Source of the DNA: the human T2T-CHM13v2.0 reference genome, Homo sapiens
Assembly (NCBI RefSeq): GCF_009914755.1
Contig: NC_060939.1
Strand: one strand, 5' to 3'
Length of the DNA stretch: 64,000 nt
A program made the translations under genes and the position numbers. Within the stretch, counting starts at the first letter, position 1. Each line of letters begins with the position of its first letter. This document shows positions 14,388-34,367 of this stretch, in pieces. The notes under the pieces were generated by a model. It saw only the letters and a list, made by a program, of their open reading frames with translations, was not told the origin of the DNA and made no database searches.

Positions 14388-14806
14388 TGTATTAGTCCAT
14401 TTGCATTGCAATAAAGAGATGTCTGAAGCTGGGTAATATATAAAGAAAAGGGGCTTATTTGACTCATTGTTTTGCAGGCTGTACAAGAATCATGGTGCCA
14501 GCATCTGCTTCTGACAAGGACCTCAGGCTGCTTGCACTTATGGCAAAAGGTGAAGGAGAGCCAACTTGTCACATGACAAGAAAGAGAGAGGCCAGAGACA
14601 AGAGAGGGAAGATGCCAGGCTGTGTTAAACAAGCTCTTGCATGAAATGATAGAGCAAGAACTCACTCATTAGGAGGAGAGGGCACCAAGCCATTCATGAG
14701 GGATCTGGCCCCATAACCCTAACACCTCCCAGTCAGCCCTACCTGTCACACTGGAGATTAAATTTCAATGTAAGGTTTGGAGGGGACAGATAGCCAAACT
14801 ATGTTA
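14388..14806 (-). mobile_element. MSTB-type MaLR solo LTR
   Basis: 'tgtattagtccatttgcattgc...gcaccaagccattcatgagggatctg'; perfect TSD GAAGT at 14383-14387 and 14807-14811. Confidence 0.9.
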
Positions 14807-15469
14807 GAAGTCCCAAATAAAGAAAAAAATCTTCGTATATTTGGAACTTTAAAATACACTTCCTAAGTATTCTTGGGTCAAAAGAAGAAATAAAAATGAA
14901 AACAAAAATGCCTAGAGCTGAACAACAAAATACTACATTTTAAGCACTGTGGAGTAGAGTAACAGCTGTGTTTTGAGGCCAATTTATGACTTAAAATGCT
15001 AAGTTCTGAAAAGAAAAAGGGATAACCATCAGCAAAGCATAAACTTATCAAATTAGAAAAAAACAACTGAATAAATGGAAACTAAATTAAATTAAATGAA
15101 AAGGATCAGCAAAGCCAAAAGGTGGTTCTTTGAGAAATCTAATAAATTTGACATAACTCTGGTGATAATCACCAAGAAAACAGAGAGGGAACCCAAATAA
15201 ACAATATTAGGAGTAAAAAAGATACATTCAAAAGGTAGGGAGGAGCCAAGAGGCCGAATAGGAACAGCTCCGGTCTACAGCTCCCAGCGTGAGCGACGCA
15301 GAAGACGGGTGATTTCTGCATTTCCATCTGAGGTACCGGGTTCATCTCACTAGGGAGTGCCAGACAGTGGGCGCAGGCCAGTGGGTGCACGCACCATGCG
15401 CGAGCCGAAGCAGGGCGAGGCATTGCCTCACTTGGGAAGCACAAGGGGTCAGGGAGTTCCCTTTCCAAG

Positions 15470-15685
15470 TCAAAGAAAGGGGTGACAGACACACCTGGAA
15501 AATCGGGTCACTCCCACCCGAATATTGCGCTTGTCAGACCGGCTTAAAAAACGGCACACCACGAGATTATATCCCGCACCTGGCTCGGAGGGTCCTACGC
15601 CCACGGAATCTCGCTGATTGCTAGCACAGCAGTCTGAGATCAAACTGCAAGGCGGCAGCGAGGCTGGGGGAGGGGCGCCTGCCAT
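15470..15685 (-). CDS. L1 ORF0 (antisense 71-aa ORF), intact
   Basis: MAGAPPPASLPPCSLISDCCASNQRDSVGVGPSEPG...RFSRCVCHPFL lies within the 15470..15754 ORF-track entry; ATG at 15685-15683. Confidence 0.85.
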   Translation of the reverse strand: MAGAPPPASLPPCSLISDCCASNQRDSVGVGPSEPGAGYNLVVCRFLSRSDKRNIRVGVTRFSRCVCHPFL

Positions 15686-16140
15686 TGCCCAGGCTTGCTT
15701 AGGTAAACAAAGCAGCCTGGAAGCTCGAACTGGGTGGAGCCCACCACAGCTCAAGGAGGCCTGCCTGCCTCTGTAGGCTCCACCTCTGGGGGCAGGGCAC
15801 AGACAAACAAGAGGACAGCAGTAACCTCTGCAGACTTAAATGTCCCTGTCTGACAGCTTTGAAGAGAGCAGTGGTTCTCCCAGCACACAGCTGGAGATCT
15901 GAGAACGGGCAGACTGCCTCCTCAAGTGGGTCCCTGACCCCTGACCCCCGAGCAGCCTAACTGGGAGGCACCCCCCAGCAGGGGCACACTGACACCTCAC
16001 ACGGCAGGGTATTCCAACAGACCTGCAGCTGAGGGTCCTGTCTGTTAGAAGGAAAACTAACAAACAGAAAGGACATCCACACCAAAAACCCATCTGTACA
16101 TCACCATCATCAAAGACCAAAAGTAGATAAAACCACAAAG

Positions 16141-17152
16141 ATGGGGAAAAAACAGAACAGAAAAACGGGAAACTCTAAAACGCAGAGCATCTCTCCTCCT
16201 CCAAAGGAACGCAGTTCCTCACCAGCAACGGAACAAAGCTGGATGGAGAATGACTTTGACCAGCTGAGAGAAGAAGGCTTCAGACGATCAAATTACTCTC
16301 AGCTACGGGAGGACATTCAAAGCAAAGACAAAGAAGTTGAAAACTTTGAAAAAAATTTAGAAGAATGTATAACTAGAATAACCAATACAGAGAAGTGCTT
16401 AAAGGAGCTGACGGAGCTGAAAACCAAGGCTCGAGAACTACGTGAAGAATGCAGAAGCCTCAGGAGCCGATGCAATCAACTGGAAGAAAGGGTATCAGCA
16501 ATGGAAGACGAAATGAATGAAATGAAGCGAGAAGGGAAGTTTAGAGAAAAACGAATAAAAAGAAAAGAGCAAAGTCTCCAAGAAATATGGGACCATGTGA
16601 AAAGACCAAATCTACATCTGATTGGCGTACCTGAAAGTGATGGGGAGAATGGAACCAAGTTGGAAAACACTCTGCAGGATATTATCCAGGAGAACTTCCC
16701 CAATCTAGCAAGGCAGGCCAACGTTCAGATTCAGGAAATACAGGGAACGCCACAAAGATACTCCTCGAGAAGAGCAACTCCAAGACACATAATTGTCAGA
16801 TTCACCAAAGTTGAAATGAAGGAAAAAATGTTAAGGGCAGCCAGAGAGAAAGGTCGGGTTACCCTCAAAGGGAAGCCCATCAGACTAACAGCGGATCTCT
16901 CGGCAGAAACCCTACAAGCCAGAAGAGAGTGGGGGCCAATATTCAACATTCTTAAAGAATTGTCAACCCAGAATTTCACATCCAGCCAAACTAAGCTTCA
17001 TAAGTGAAGGAGAAATAAAATCCTTTACAGACAAGCAAATGCTGCGAGATTTTGTCACCACCAGGCCTGCCCTAAAAGAGCTCCTGAAGGAAGCGCTAAA
17101 CATGGAAAGGAACAACCGGTACCAGCCGCTGCAAAATCATGCCAAAATGTAA
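16141..17152 (+). pseudogene. L1 ORF1p, frameshifted by a 5-bp deletion near 16957
   Basis: MGKKQNRKTGNSK... open for 288 aa but diverges after NILKE; canonical stop at 17150-17152. Confidence 0.92.
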
Positions 17153-17215
17153 AGACCATCGAGACTAGGAAGAAACTGCATCAACTAACGAGCAAAATCA
17201 CCAGCTAACATCATA

Positions 17216-21041
<3,826 letters not shown>

Positions 21042-21265
21042 ACAATGAGATCACATGGACACAGGAAGGGGAACATCACACTCTGGGGACTGTGGTGGGG
21101 TGGGGGGAGGGGGGAGGGATAGCATTGGGAGATATACCTAATGCTAGATGACGAGTTAGTGGGTGCAGCGCACCAGCATGGCACATGTATACGTATGTAA
21201 CCTGCACAATGTGCACATGTACCCTAAAACTTAAAGTATAATAAAAAATAAAAAAAAGAAAAAAA

Positions 21266-21692
21266 AAGAAAATGTGGCACATATACACCGTGGAATACTA
21301 TGCAGCTATAAAAATGATGAGTTCATGTCCTTTGTAAGGACATGGATGAAGCTGGAAACCATCATTCTCAGCAAACTATGGCAAGGACAAAAAACCAAAC
21401 ACCGCATGTTCTCACTCATAGGTGGGAATTGAACAATGAGAACACATGGACCCAGGAAGGGGAACATCACACACCCGGGACTGTTGTGGGGTGGGGGGGA
21501 GTGGGGAGGGTTAGCATTAGGAGATATACCTAATGCTAAATGACAAGTTAACGGGTGCAGCACACCAACATGGCACATGTATACATATGTAACAAACCTG
21601 CACGTCATGTACATATATTTAGGGTATGTACAAATATTTTTAGAGCATAGGTACATATCCTAAAACTTAAAGTATAATAATAATAATAATAT
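21266..21692 (+). mobile_element. L1PA4/5 3' end directly abutting the L1PA2 poly(A)
   Basis: Starts 'aagaaaatgtggcac'; 'tagcattaggaga...gctaaatgac...caccaacatgg'; (TAA)n tail. Confidence 0.9.
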
Positions 21693-22149
21693 AAGAAATT
21701 TAAATGTTTTTTCTGGAAACTATGATAAAATTAAGATAAAATAGCAATAAATGAAATGGAGGGACTCCTTGGAATTTTTATTGCAAATTTCTATAATGAA
21801 GAGTGTGTGTATGTGTGAAATCTTTCTTACTAATGAATTAGTAAAATCTTAACATACAAGGCAAGCTAAACAAATATTATCAGCAAATGCAAAAGAAACG
21901 CATCCTTATTTTATTCAGGACCAAATATCTAGAGTCTTGCTGCTATCTAATCCACAGATACAAACTTAATCAGTTTCTCGTTAACCGTCACATCTTCATA
22001 AAGAGCTGAACTGTAGAACCACTGATAAGGAAACAACAGTAATTAGTCAATCTACATGCAGAGCTATCTTGATGAAAATTGTGGCTTTGATAAATTTATT
22101 ATAGAATTATTGGGAGAGCATAGTGCTCTGAGCTTCCAAATTATTAATT

Positions 22150-22640
22150 ATTTTAGAAAGATATTTGGCAAATGCATCAAATCATTATATCATTTGAAAT
22201 AACATCTATCCAAACAAGCTGATATATAATCAAAAATATTTGAGCCAAAAAGTTCACTGAACTCTTTACAAAGGGGAAAAATTAGAAACAACCTACAAAT
22301 CTCATCAATGGGATAAAAGTTGCTTAAGTTGCCATATGTCTGCTCAAGCGATTACTAACTCACTTTTAAATGAGCTGTCATGCAGGGTTTATAATAAGAG
22401 GTAAATGCCAAACACATAAAGTTAAAGGGAAAAATTGGGTACAAAATTTTATGTGTAATATGACTACAAACCAAAATATGCAAAAATAAAACTATATAGA
22501 AATAAATTTGAAAAGCAGTATAACAACATACTAACTGGTTTCTGTTGCTTGCATGAATATAAAGGATTTCTCATTTTTTTCTGTATAATTTTGTCCTTTT
22601 TCTAAAATTTCCATAACAAACATGTACCATTTTATAAAAG
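22150..22640 (+). mobile_element. Diverged L1ME-like 3' fragment
   Basis: 'aaaaattagaaacaacctacaaatctcatcaatggg...ttttctaaaatttccataacaaacatgta'. Confidence 0.5.
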
Positions 22641-23069
22641 GAAAGATAAACAGTAAAATTTATGTTTTTAAAGATATTTCTGGGATGTTTAAAAGTTTTA
22701 TTATGAGTTTCAAAGAGCCACTCACTGTCTTTGCATAAAACTGAAATATCGCAGGAAACTGAATTTACCATTTTAATTTTATTTTCTGTTTTCTTATTGG
22801 CCAAAAGTGTTCTCCTGCTAACTTTCAGTTTTGGGGGTTGAGGTGAGATTTAAAGAAATAAGTAGTATCTTATATAATGATAAAAAGTTAATGAGTCTCT
22901 TCCACTTTGAACAGTGTGAGGGTGTGACCAAGGCCTTCAGAAGCAAGGCTCTCCATCCTCTGCTCTTCACACTCCCAGGCTCATTTCAGTGAAGGAGTTG
23001 CTTACAGGTCCCTTGTGTTCTATCTTACTTTTGGGTGGCTGCTTTCCCTAAATATGTCTCCTATGTTAT

Positions 23070-23320
23070 GAGACAGAATAACACTATGGGGATGAGCTCA
23101 GCCCTGGGATAGAAAGCCTGGGATTCCAGCCCCAACTCGGTAACTTCCCAGCTCTGTGATTTTGATAGTTCTTTGATAATCCTTTCATAGGATAGTTGAT
23201 ATCCTAACTGCTAAAACAGATAATAATAACAATACCAGTACTCATTCACAGGGTCATTGTGGGGATTAAATGAGGTAATACATATCATATTAAATGTTCA
23301 ATCAGTGTTAACTATTAATG
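23070..23320 (+). mobile_element. MIR SINE
   Basis: 'cctgggattccagcccc...cagctctgtga...cagggtcattgtggggattaaatgaggtaata'. Confidence 0.65.
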
Positions 23321-23664
23321 TATCTCATTTGGGTAAGTCAGTAAGAGCCCTTTTAACTCCCAATTTTAGTTTGCATTTAAAAGCCACTGATACCTCTGAA
23401 TAAAGGCTCCTTCTTTGGCCTCATGACCTTTATATTTTCATCTTGTTACTTGCTAGTTCTTATTGGCTCTGCTTATTTTGGAAACTCTACCAAATTTTGA
23501 AAAAAAAAAAACTGGCTTGCGGCCTTGAAATGATGAGTTTTGATATTTTATACTTGAAAAAGTTAACATTTGTTTGCTCATAAAGTGATTATGCTTTTTA
23601 ATGTATTTCCTCACTGGTAAAATGACAGAGGTAGTGGATATGGGTGCTTGGGTCTCTTCTATAA

Positions 23665-23832
23665 CAGTAGTACTCAAGCTTTAATGTTCGCAGAAATCGC
23701 CAGGAGATCCACGTGAAAAATGCAGCTTCTGCTTCCGTAGGGACAGGGTGACGCCTGAGGCGCTGCATTTCTAACAAGCTCCCAAGTAATGCCAGCGATG
23801 CTGGTCAGTGGACCACATTTTGAGTAGCAGGG
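23665..23832 (-). mobile_element. MER5A1/MER5B-type hAT DNA transposon, CpG-enriched
   Basis: 'ctgcatttctaacaagctccca...ggaccacattttgagtagcaggg'. Confidence 0.8.
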
Positions 23833-24294
23833 ATCTGTGATATTACCTTCAATTCACGTTAACTGGTCAGTTATAATGATCCTCCCCATGGTATAAATAT
23901 TACCTTAAGCAAGATACTTAACCACTCTCAGCTTCATTTTCCTAAAACGAAAAGTTAAGATAACACTCACCTTCTAAGAATGTTGAAAGGATTCCATGCA
24001 TCAATAGATGATGCATTTGAAATTTTTGGCAACAATATGAAGCATACTGTGGGTGTTAGTAAATTCTACTTGTCTTTCCTTCTCTATTAGAGACTGAGGT
24101 AGAGCCTGTCTTAGCCAATGACCTGCTAAACATCACCTTCATATTATTTGATGGTGTAGATCATTAGATATTTGAAATTAATGGAAGATCTACATAGGAC
24201 ATATTTGAATGATGGAGGACAAGATGATAACAGCTTACATTTGTTGAATAATCACTTTGAATCAGGTTTGTCTGATTCAAGTTCCCTTGGCTCG

Positions 24295-24350
24295 CTCTCT
24301 CTCTTTTTTCTTTCTTTTCTTTTTTTTTTTTGTTTTTTTGTTTTTTTTTT
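24295..24350. repeat. Long T-rich pyrimidine tract
   Basis: Directly visible. Confidence 0.9.
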
Positions 24351-27171
24351 CTCAAGTTTTTAAGATAACATCATTTGGAGAAGAAGCCGTCTTCATGATC
24401 TTCATGTTTGGGCTCTACTTCAAAGTTATATCTCAGCCCTCAGAAGACATGAAAAAGACTTGTAAGATTTCATCTTGAAACGGCTTTTTAAATCCATCAA
24501 CAGTAAGAAAAAAATGTAGATGTAGGTGGTTTATAAATGCCCTTTTAGGCTTGATCGATTGTTTGTAGCTATAACAAGCTACCTTAACAGTCAAAAACAA
24601 AATCTGGAGGAAAAGAAAATGCCTCCAATAAGAAACGCTGATGCAGCCTCCTGAGCTTGTGGTGTCTGTGGAAAATAAGAAATGATTAACTTCCTTTTGT
24701 GAGTATAATATTACCCACTTCATAATGATGGTATAAGGATTAAATGAGATAATCCTAGCTTTTTTTGTTACTATAAAAATAAAGATAGTCTTTTTATGTA
24801 AATTAGCTAGGGTAGGACTTGTTTCTCTGTTAAGATATGTTTGTTATAGTCTGTTTTAAAAGCACTGTGCACGAGCAGTGATACGATGGAATTAAAGAGA
24901 GATTTGCCTATGGGCTTTTCCCTTTATGTTACATAAGGAAAACTTGAATTTCACGTTTCCAGCCACATAGTGATGACTTTGGCATAAAGAGTTCACCAGG
25001 TAGGAGGTGGCCCCTTGTGCTGAGAGCCAGCATTCTCATGGAAAATTAAAAACAACTTTATTTTTAGCCATGAAAGTGCAATCATTCTTGTGCTCAAATA
25101 TGCTTTACATTACCTAAAAAAAAGTTTATTGGCACTGAGTCTGTTGTGTAACTGAGGAAACCATTGTGTGCTATCAAAACACACTAATGTAAAAACCAAT
25201 CCAGTGAGCAACAGAGTGATGGAAGAAACAGGTAGCAGGGCCGAGAAAAACTCTTCCGGAGGTTGTAGAGGAAACTAAAGCAGGAGAAAAACTGCCTAGT
25301 GCTGAAAGGTTAGAATAAAGACTTTATTTAGTCACTTGGGAAAAGGAATTCAAAGTCAGAAAAATGATTACATTAACAGTGAGTGCAATATTTGGCCTGT
25401 TTGGATGCAAATTTTTCTTTCCTATTTGAAATGGCCAAGTGTCTTTGAGATGTCATATTTTTGTTCTCTACAGTGCCTTTCTTGGGGGAAAGTCCTAAAT
25501 TCCTAAACTTAGAGAGTGGAGGAAATGCTCAGGGTGATTCTTGGAGGGAGGGTAGAAGTAAGCATTTTGAAAGTAGGTTAACTATAACTAAACTTTGATT
25601 AAGGCATCAAAGGAAAACAGGTTGGAATTGACTAATCGTGGATCTCTTGATATCCAGAATTATTAACTTGATCTCCTGGATCGCTGGGCTCATGTCTGCA
25701 GCTCTCAAGGTTGTCTTTTACTCTTAATACAAAAGCATTACCAGCAAACTTTATAGTAATTAAATTAAGATAATCAATACTAAGGCAACTCTGGACAGCT
25801 TAGGGGCAGGAAAGCCTTGGCATATAAGCCTGAAATATTTTCCTCTTCCTGGTGTAAGGGTAGACTGTAATGACCTAGCTTATTTCCCTTGTGAACACCA
25901 CTCTGCGAAAGTAGCATCTCAGGACAAGCACTGCCCTCATGCAAACAGCTACCTCCAAGATGAGATGCTCCCGGAGGTCTCTCTGACCTTCTCCTTGTTT
26001 CTGTGAGAAGACTCCACCTTGTTTCTCTCCTTCCAGGAACCAGGTTGTTTTCTCATTCATCCTCAATATGTTTTATTAACCATATGCTTTGCTGCCTCCA
26101 GGCAACGTACAGGCAATGCAGAGAAGAGGAAATCCAAAATCCCATTAGTGGGCAGGGAAATGCAAGAAAATAAACCCAACGAAATTCGAAAGAACAAAAT
26201 GTGAGCTAGAAACTGAAATTAATGAAAAACGTTTTCCCTCCCCAGAAATGAGTTAATCAGCAAAACCAAAACTTGTTCTTTGAAATGACTCATAAAACAG
26301 ATAAACCCTAGGCAAATAGGATCAAGAAGGATAAGAAACAAATAACATTAAAAACCAAAAAATCCTGACACGTGGATAAGTATGATGTTTGAAAATTTCA
26401 AGAAGATGTTAATACTATGAAAAACTTTATAATAACAAATTTGAAAATATAGTTGAAACAGACATTTTTCCCCTGGGAAATATAAAAGCAAAATTGGCCC
26501 AAATTCCCACACATGTAGAGCCTAGAATTAACCACTGTATTTATAATTCCAATTCTTCTCCTCTAGATCTTATCCTATCTTCTGCAAAACTCTACCAAAC
26601 ACTTTTCCTGGGTGGGTTCCTCCAGTTGTATCTACATTTTTCTCATTGTGCTATTGTTTGTATAAACAGGGCATGATTAAGGTGACTGGGGGAGGAGGGT
26701 GCCTGAGTGATTCAGTGGCATTTGGCCCCTCCATACCATTCCATCAAACTCCTCATCCACTCTTCAAGTTCCAGCAATGGGCACATTTCACAGTTTATCT
26801 CCCCATTGTCTGTTTCTCCCCAAGGTGTCAGTGATCCGTACATCGTCCCCTGAATTCTCAGAGTTCACAGATTTCAATTTCTTCTATATCTATTCATTAA
26901 CACTAATATATTTTTCGCCTCTAAAATAAGGTCCTTTGCTGCAGATCAAGACTTCCAACTTGCCCTATACCTATATAGAAAAATGGCTGGAAGGATATAC
27001 AGCAAAATGCTAAAAGAAGGTACCATAGGAATATAGTTGTTTATTTTTATCTTTGTAGTTTTCAGTGCTTTTCAGATTTCTATCTTGAGTCCCTTTTGTA
27101 GAGGAGGCCACTCTTATGTTTGCTGTGCATCCAAATATACTGTTACTTTACTTTGAATTGAAATCAATCTC

Positions 27172-27300
27172 TAGATAGATAGACAGATAGATAGATAGAT
27201 AGATAGATATAGATGATAGAGAGATAGATAGATGATAGATATATAGATAGATAGATGATAGATAGATAGAAGATAGATAGATAGATAGATATAGATAGAT
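27172..27300. repeat. Interrupted (GATA)n tetranucleotide repeat
   Basis: Directly visible. Confidence 0.97.
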
Positions 27301-27369
27301 ATGTATGTAAAACATATATGAACATGTAGAGAGATATACAACTACACAAAGATCTATATTTTGGATGTG

Positions 27370-28057
27370 GGTTGATTTTATACCCAATTTTTTTTATCTA
27401 TACTTCTTTTTCTTGGAATTGTTATTTTTTGCAGTGAACAATATGTTTCACAGACCTTTCCACATTGGTACATGTAGGCTTATCTGCATCTTTTGCAAGT
27501 ACTACATAGTCCAGATTTACCATGGTGCACTTATCCCAGTTTTGATGTTCATTTCCAGTTTTACCTGTAACTAACACTGCTGCAGTTAACATGCTTGTAC
27601 TTTCATACAGGGCACATGCAAGTGCATCCTTAAGGTAGAAACAGAAATGAATTGCTGAGTCAGAGGAGACATATTTTTCACTCTAATAGACACTGCCAAA
27701 ACTGTACTGTAGAATAGCTGCAAAAATTTATACTTACAAAAACAGTGTATATTTATCACAGCACAATTCACAATTGCAAAGATATGGAATCAACCTAAGT
27801 GCCCAGCAACCAATGAGTGGATAAAGAAAATACAGAATATACGTATACCATGGAATACTACTAAGCTGTAAAAAAAGAGTATTAATTTCTTTGCAACATC
27901 ATCAATATTTGATATGATAAAAGTTTGTTACTCTGATGAGTGAAAATTACCTTTCTTTTTTTTAACTTACATTCCTTTGTTATTGAAGTTGAATATCTTT
28001 TTACCTATTTATTAGTCATTTGTATTTCATTTTGTACAAATAGGACTATTTGTTCAT
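27370..28057 (-). mobile_element. Ancient L1ME-like fragment, host of an L1PB piece and left flank of the satellite
   Basis: 'gaattgctgagtcagagg...taatagacactgccaaa', 'aacttacattcctttg...gttgaatatctttt'. Confidence 0.6.
27751..27876 (+). mobile_element. Short internal L1PB-like fragment lacking the 3'UTR
   Basis: 'cagcacaattcacaattgcaaagatatggaatcaacctaagtgccc...taccatggaatactactaagctgtaaaaaaa'. Confidence 0.75.
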
Positions 28058-28330
28058 TGTGATACTAGCAACCGTATCACAGAAGAGGTGTACACTCCCT
28101 GCGATATTGGGAGTGATATCATTCTCTTCTTTTGTGAATATTAGGAGCAATATCACCGGGTGGCTGGACACCCCCTGCTCTATTGGGAGTAACGTCATAC
28201 CCTGAACCATGGATATTAGAATCAGTATCACAGGGTGGGTGTACACCTACTGCGATATTGAAACTAATATCATGCTCTCCCTCCCTATGAGGAACAATAT
28301 CACAGTGTAGACCCCGTGCAGTATTAGAAG
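28058..28330 (-). repeat. SATR-type satellite, ~3.5 units, inverted relative to the main block
   Basis: 'gatattgggagtgatatcattctc...atattaggagcaatatcac' is the reverse complement of the main unit. Confidence 0.85.
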
Positions 28331-28640
28331 TGATAATAGTGATAATGTCACTATTCATCAGTCATTATTATTATTATTAATAGTAACTGATAGGGATTTC
28401 TAACATAATGGTATTAATTATTAATTATTTATAGTAATAGATGTTATTAATCAATATCAATTGCTACGGTTTTATTTACTATTGCTATTATCGATATTAT
28501 TAATATTAATCGTTATTATCAATATTAATAATTAACATTATTTTCATTGTAAGCACTTTAGTTACTAATAGTAATTATTGATATTAATTAGCATCATTTT
28601 ATTAACATTAATAATTGATATTATTAATATTAATAAATAT
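28331..28640. repeat. AT-rich low-complexity core between divergent satellite blocks
   Basis: ATT/AAT/TAAT-rich with many short dyads such as 'attaatattaat'. Confidence 0.9.
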
Positions 28641-33072
<4,432 letters not shown>

Positions 33073-33090
33073 ATTATAAATATTAATAAA

Positions 33091-33594
33091 TTATTATTTT
33101 CAATTGCAATAAAATACACATAACATTTACCATTTTAACCATTTTTAAGTATACAGTTCAGTGGTATTAAGTACATTCTACATTGCTGTGCACCAATAAC
33201 CACCATCCATCTCCAGAAACCTTTTCATTTTGCAAAACTGAAACTTTGTGCCCACTATACAATAACTCCCCATTCCCTCCGCCTCCCAGCCTTTGTCAAC
33301 CACCATTCTACTTTCTGTCTCTATGACTCTGACTACTCTAGATACCTTACAGAAGTGGAATATACAGAAGTGGAATAGTATTTCTCTCTTTGTGAATGAC
33401 TTATTTCACTCAACACAATGGCCTCGAGGTTCATCCATGTTGTAGCATGTGTCAGAATTTCCTTCCTTTTTAAAAATATCGAATAGTACTCCATTGTATT
33501 ATTCATACCACAGTTTTTTGATCAGTTCATCCATTGGTGGACATTTGGGTTGCTCCCACTGTTTGTCTATTGTGAATAATCTGCTATGAACACT
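33091..33594 (-). mobile_element. L1MB-type 3' end
   Basis: 'aaaatacacataacatttaccattttaaccatttttaagtatacagttcagtggtattaagtacattc...aaactgaaact'. Confidence 0.85.
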
Positions 33595-34367
33595 TGCCTT
33601 ATAAAAAAATTCCTTATCTTGGCTCTCCTTTCTCTCTTTTCCCCTTGATCCAGCTCACAACAGTCTTTGCAAGGAGACTTCTTAAAATCTATTTATCTTA
33701 TTTTTCTTCTTTAACAGTATCAGATTATATCTTTATTAATATTCACTTTTAATTCTCTTTTGACTTTTTATCTTTTTATTAATTTTTTGTATTCTTAGTT
33801 TTTTGCATTGACCTTTGCAGTTTAATAATTCAAATGTCTAAGGCAATCTCTTTCCCTTGGAGGCTATAACCACATCCCACATGCTTTACTGTGTTAAGAT
33901 ATTTTATGACTTTTTAAATTTTTATTTGATTCAATTATTATTTCAAAATTTATTTCTTATTAATTATCTCTAACAGTGCCAGTGAGTGAACACATTTCCA
34001 CTAACACGTATTGGCCAGCATTAGATGGTCTTACCCAAGTGTAACCCCATCATGTAACCAGAAGAACAACAAAACCAGTCCCTGTGCCAAAAATGTTGAG
34101 GACAGCTGTACTGTACTATTTGGTGTGGCATTGTTTACCTGCTTTTTTCTGAAGGGGGAGGGTTAAGACTGCAATTCATAAATTGTGCCCTTTATCATTA
34201 CATCATATTCCCCTTTGATATGATTTCAACAGAGCTTGAAATTTGTTTCTATTTCCCCTGGTGTCTCTTTTCCACTCCTTTGTTTTCAAGTTTTCTTTGT
34301 AATTTTGTGTTAAGTGTGTTTCTTAAAAACAACATATAGGTGTATTTTTAAAAATCACAATCTATAT

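Larger units (their letters stand above)
13520..15237 (+). mobile_element. Ancient L1M ORF2 (endonuclease region) remnant hosting an Alu, an MSTB and the 5' junction of L1PA2
   Basis: Degenerate ORF2 motifs 'acagactttaagacaaaaa', 'aagccaaaaggtggttctttgagaaatctaataaatttgaca'. Confidence 0.65.

Noticed and set aside
24295-24500. Processed pseudogene on the minus strand (poly-T as its tail)
   Set aside because: No polyadenylation signal, TSD or recognisable parent sequence
34072-34108. MER1-like terminal sequence 'accagtccctgtgccaaaaatgttgaggacagctg'
   Set aside because: Only ~35 bp with no matching left end; too little to call
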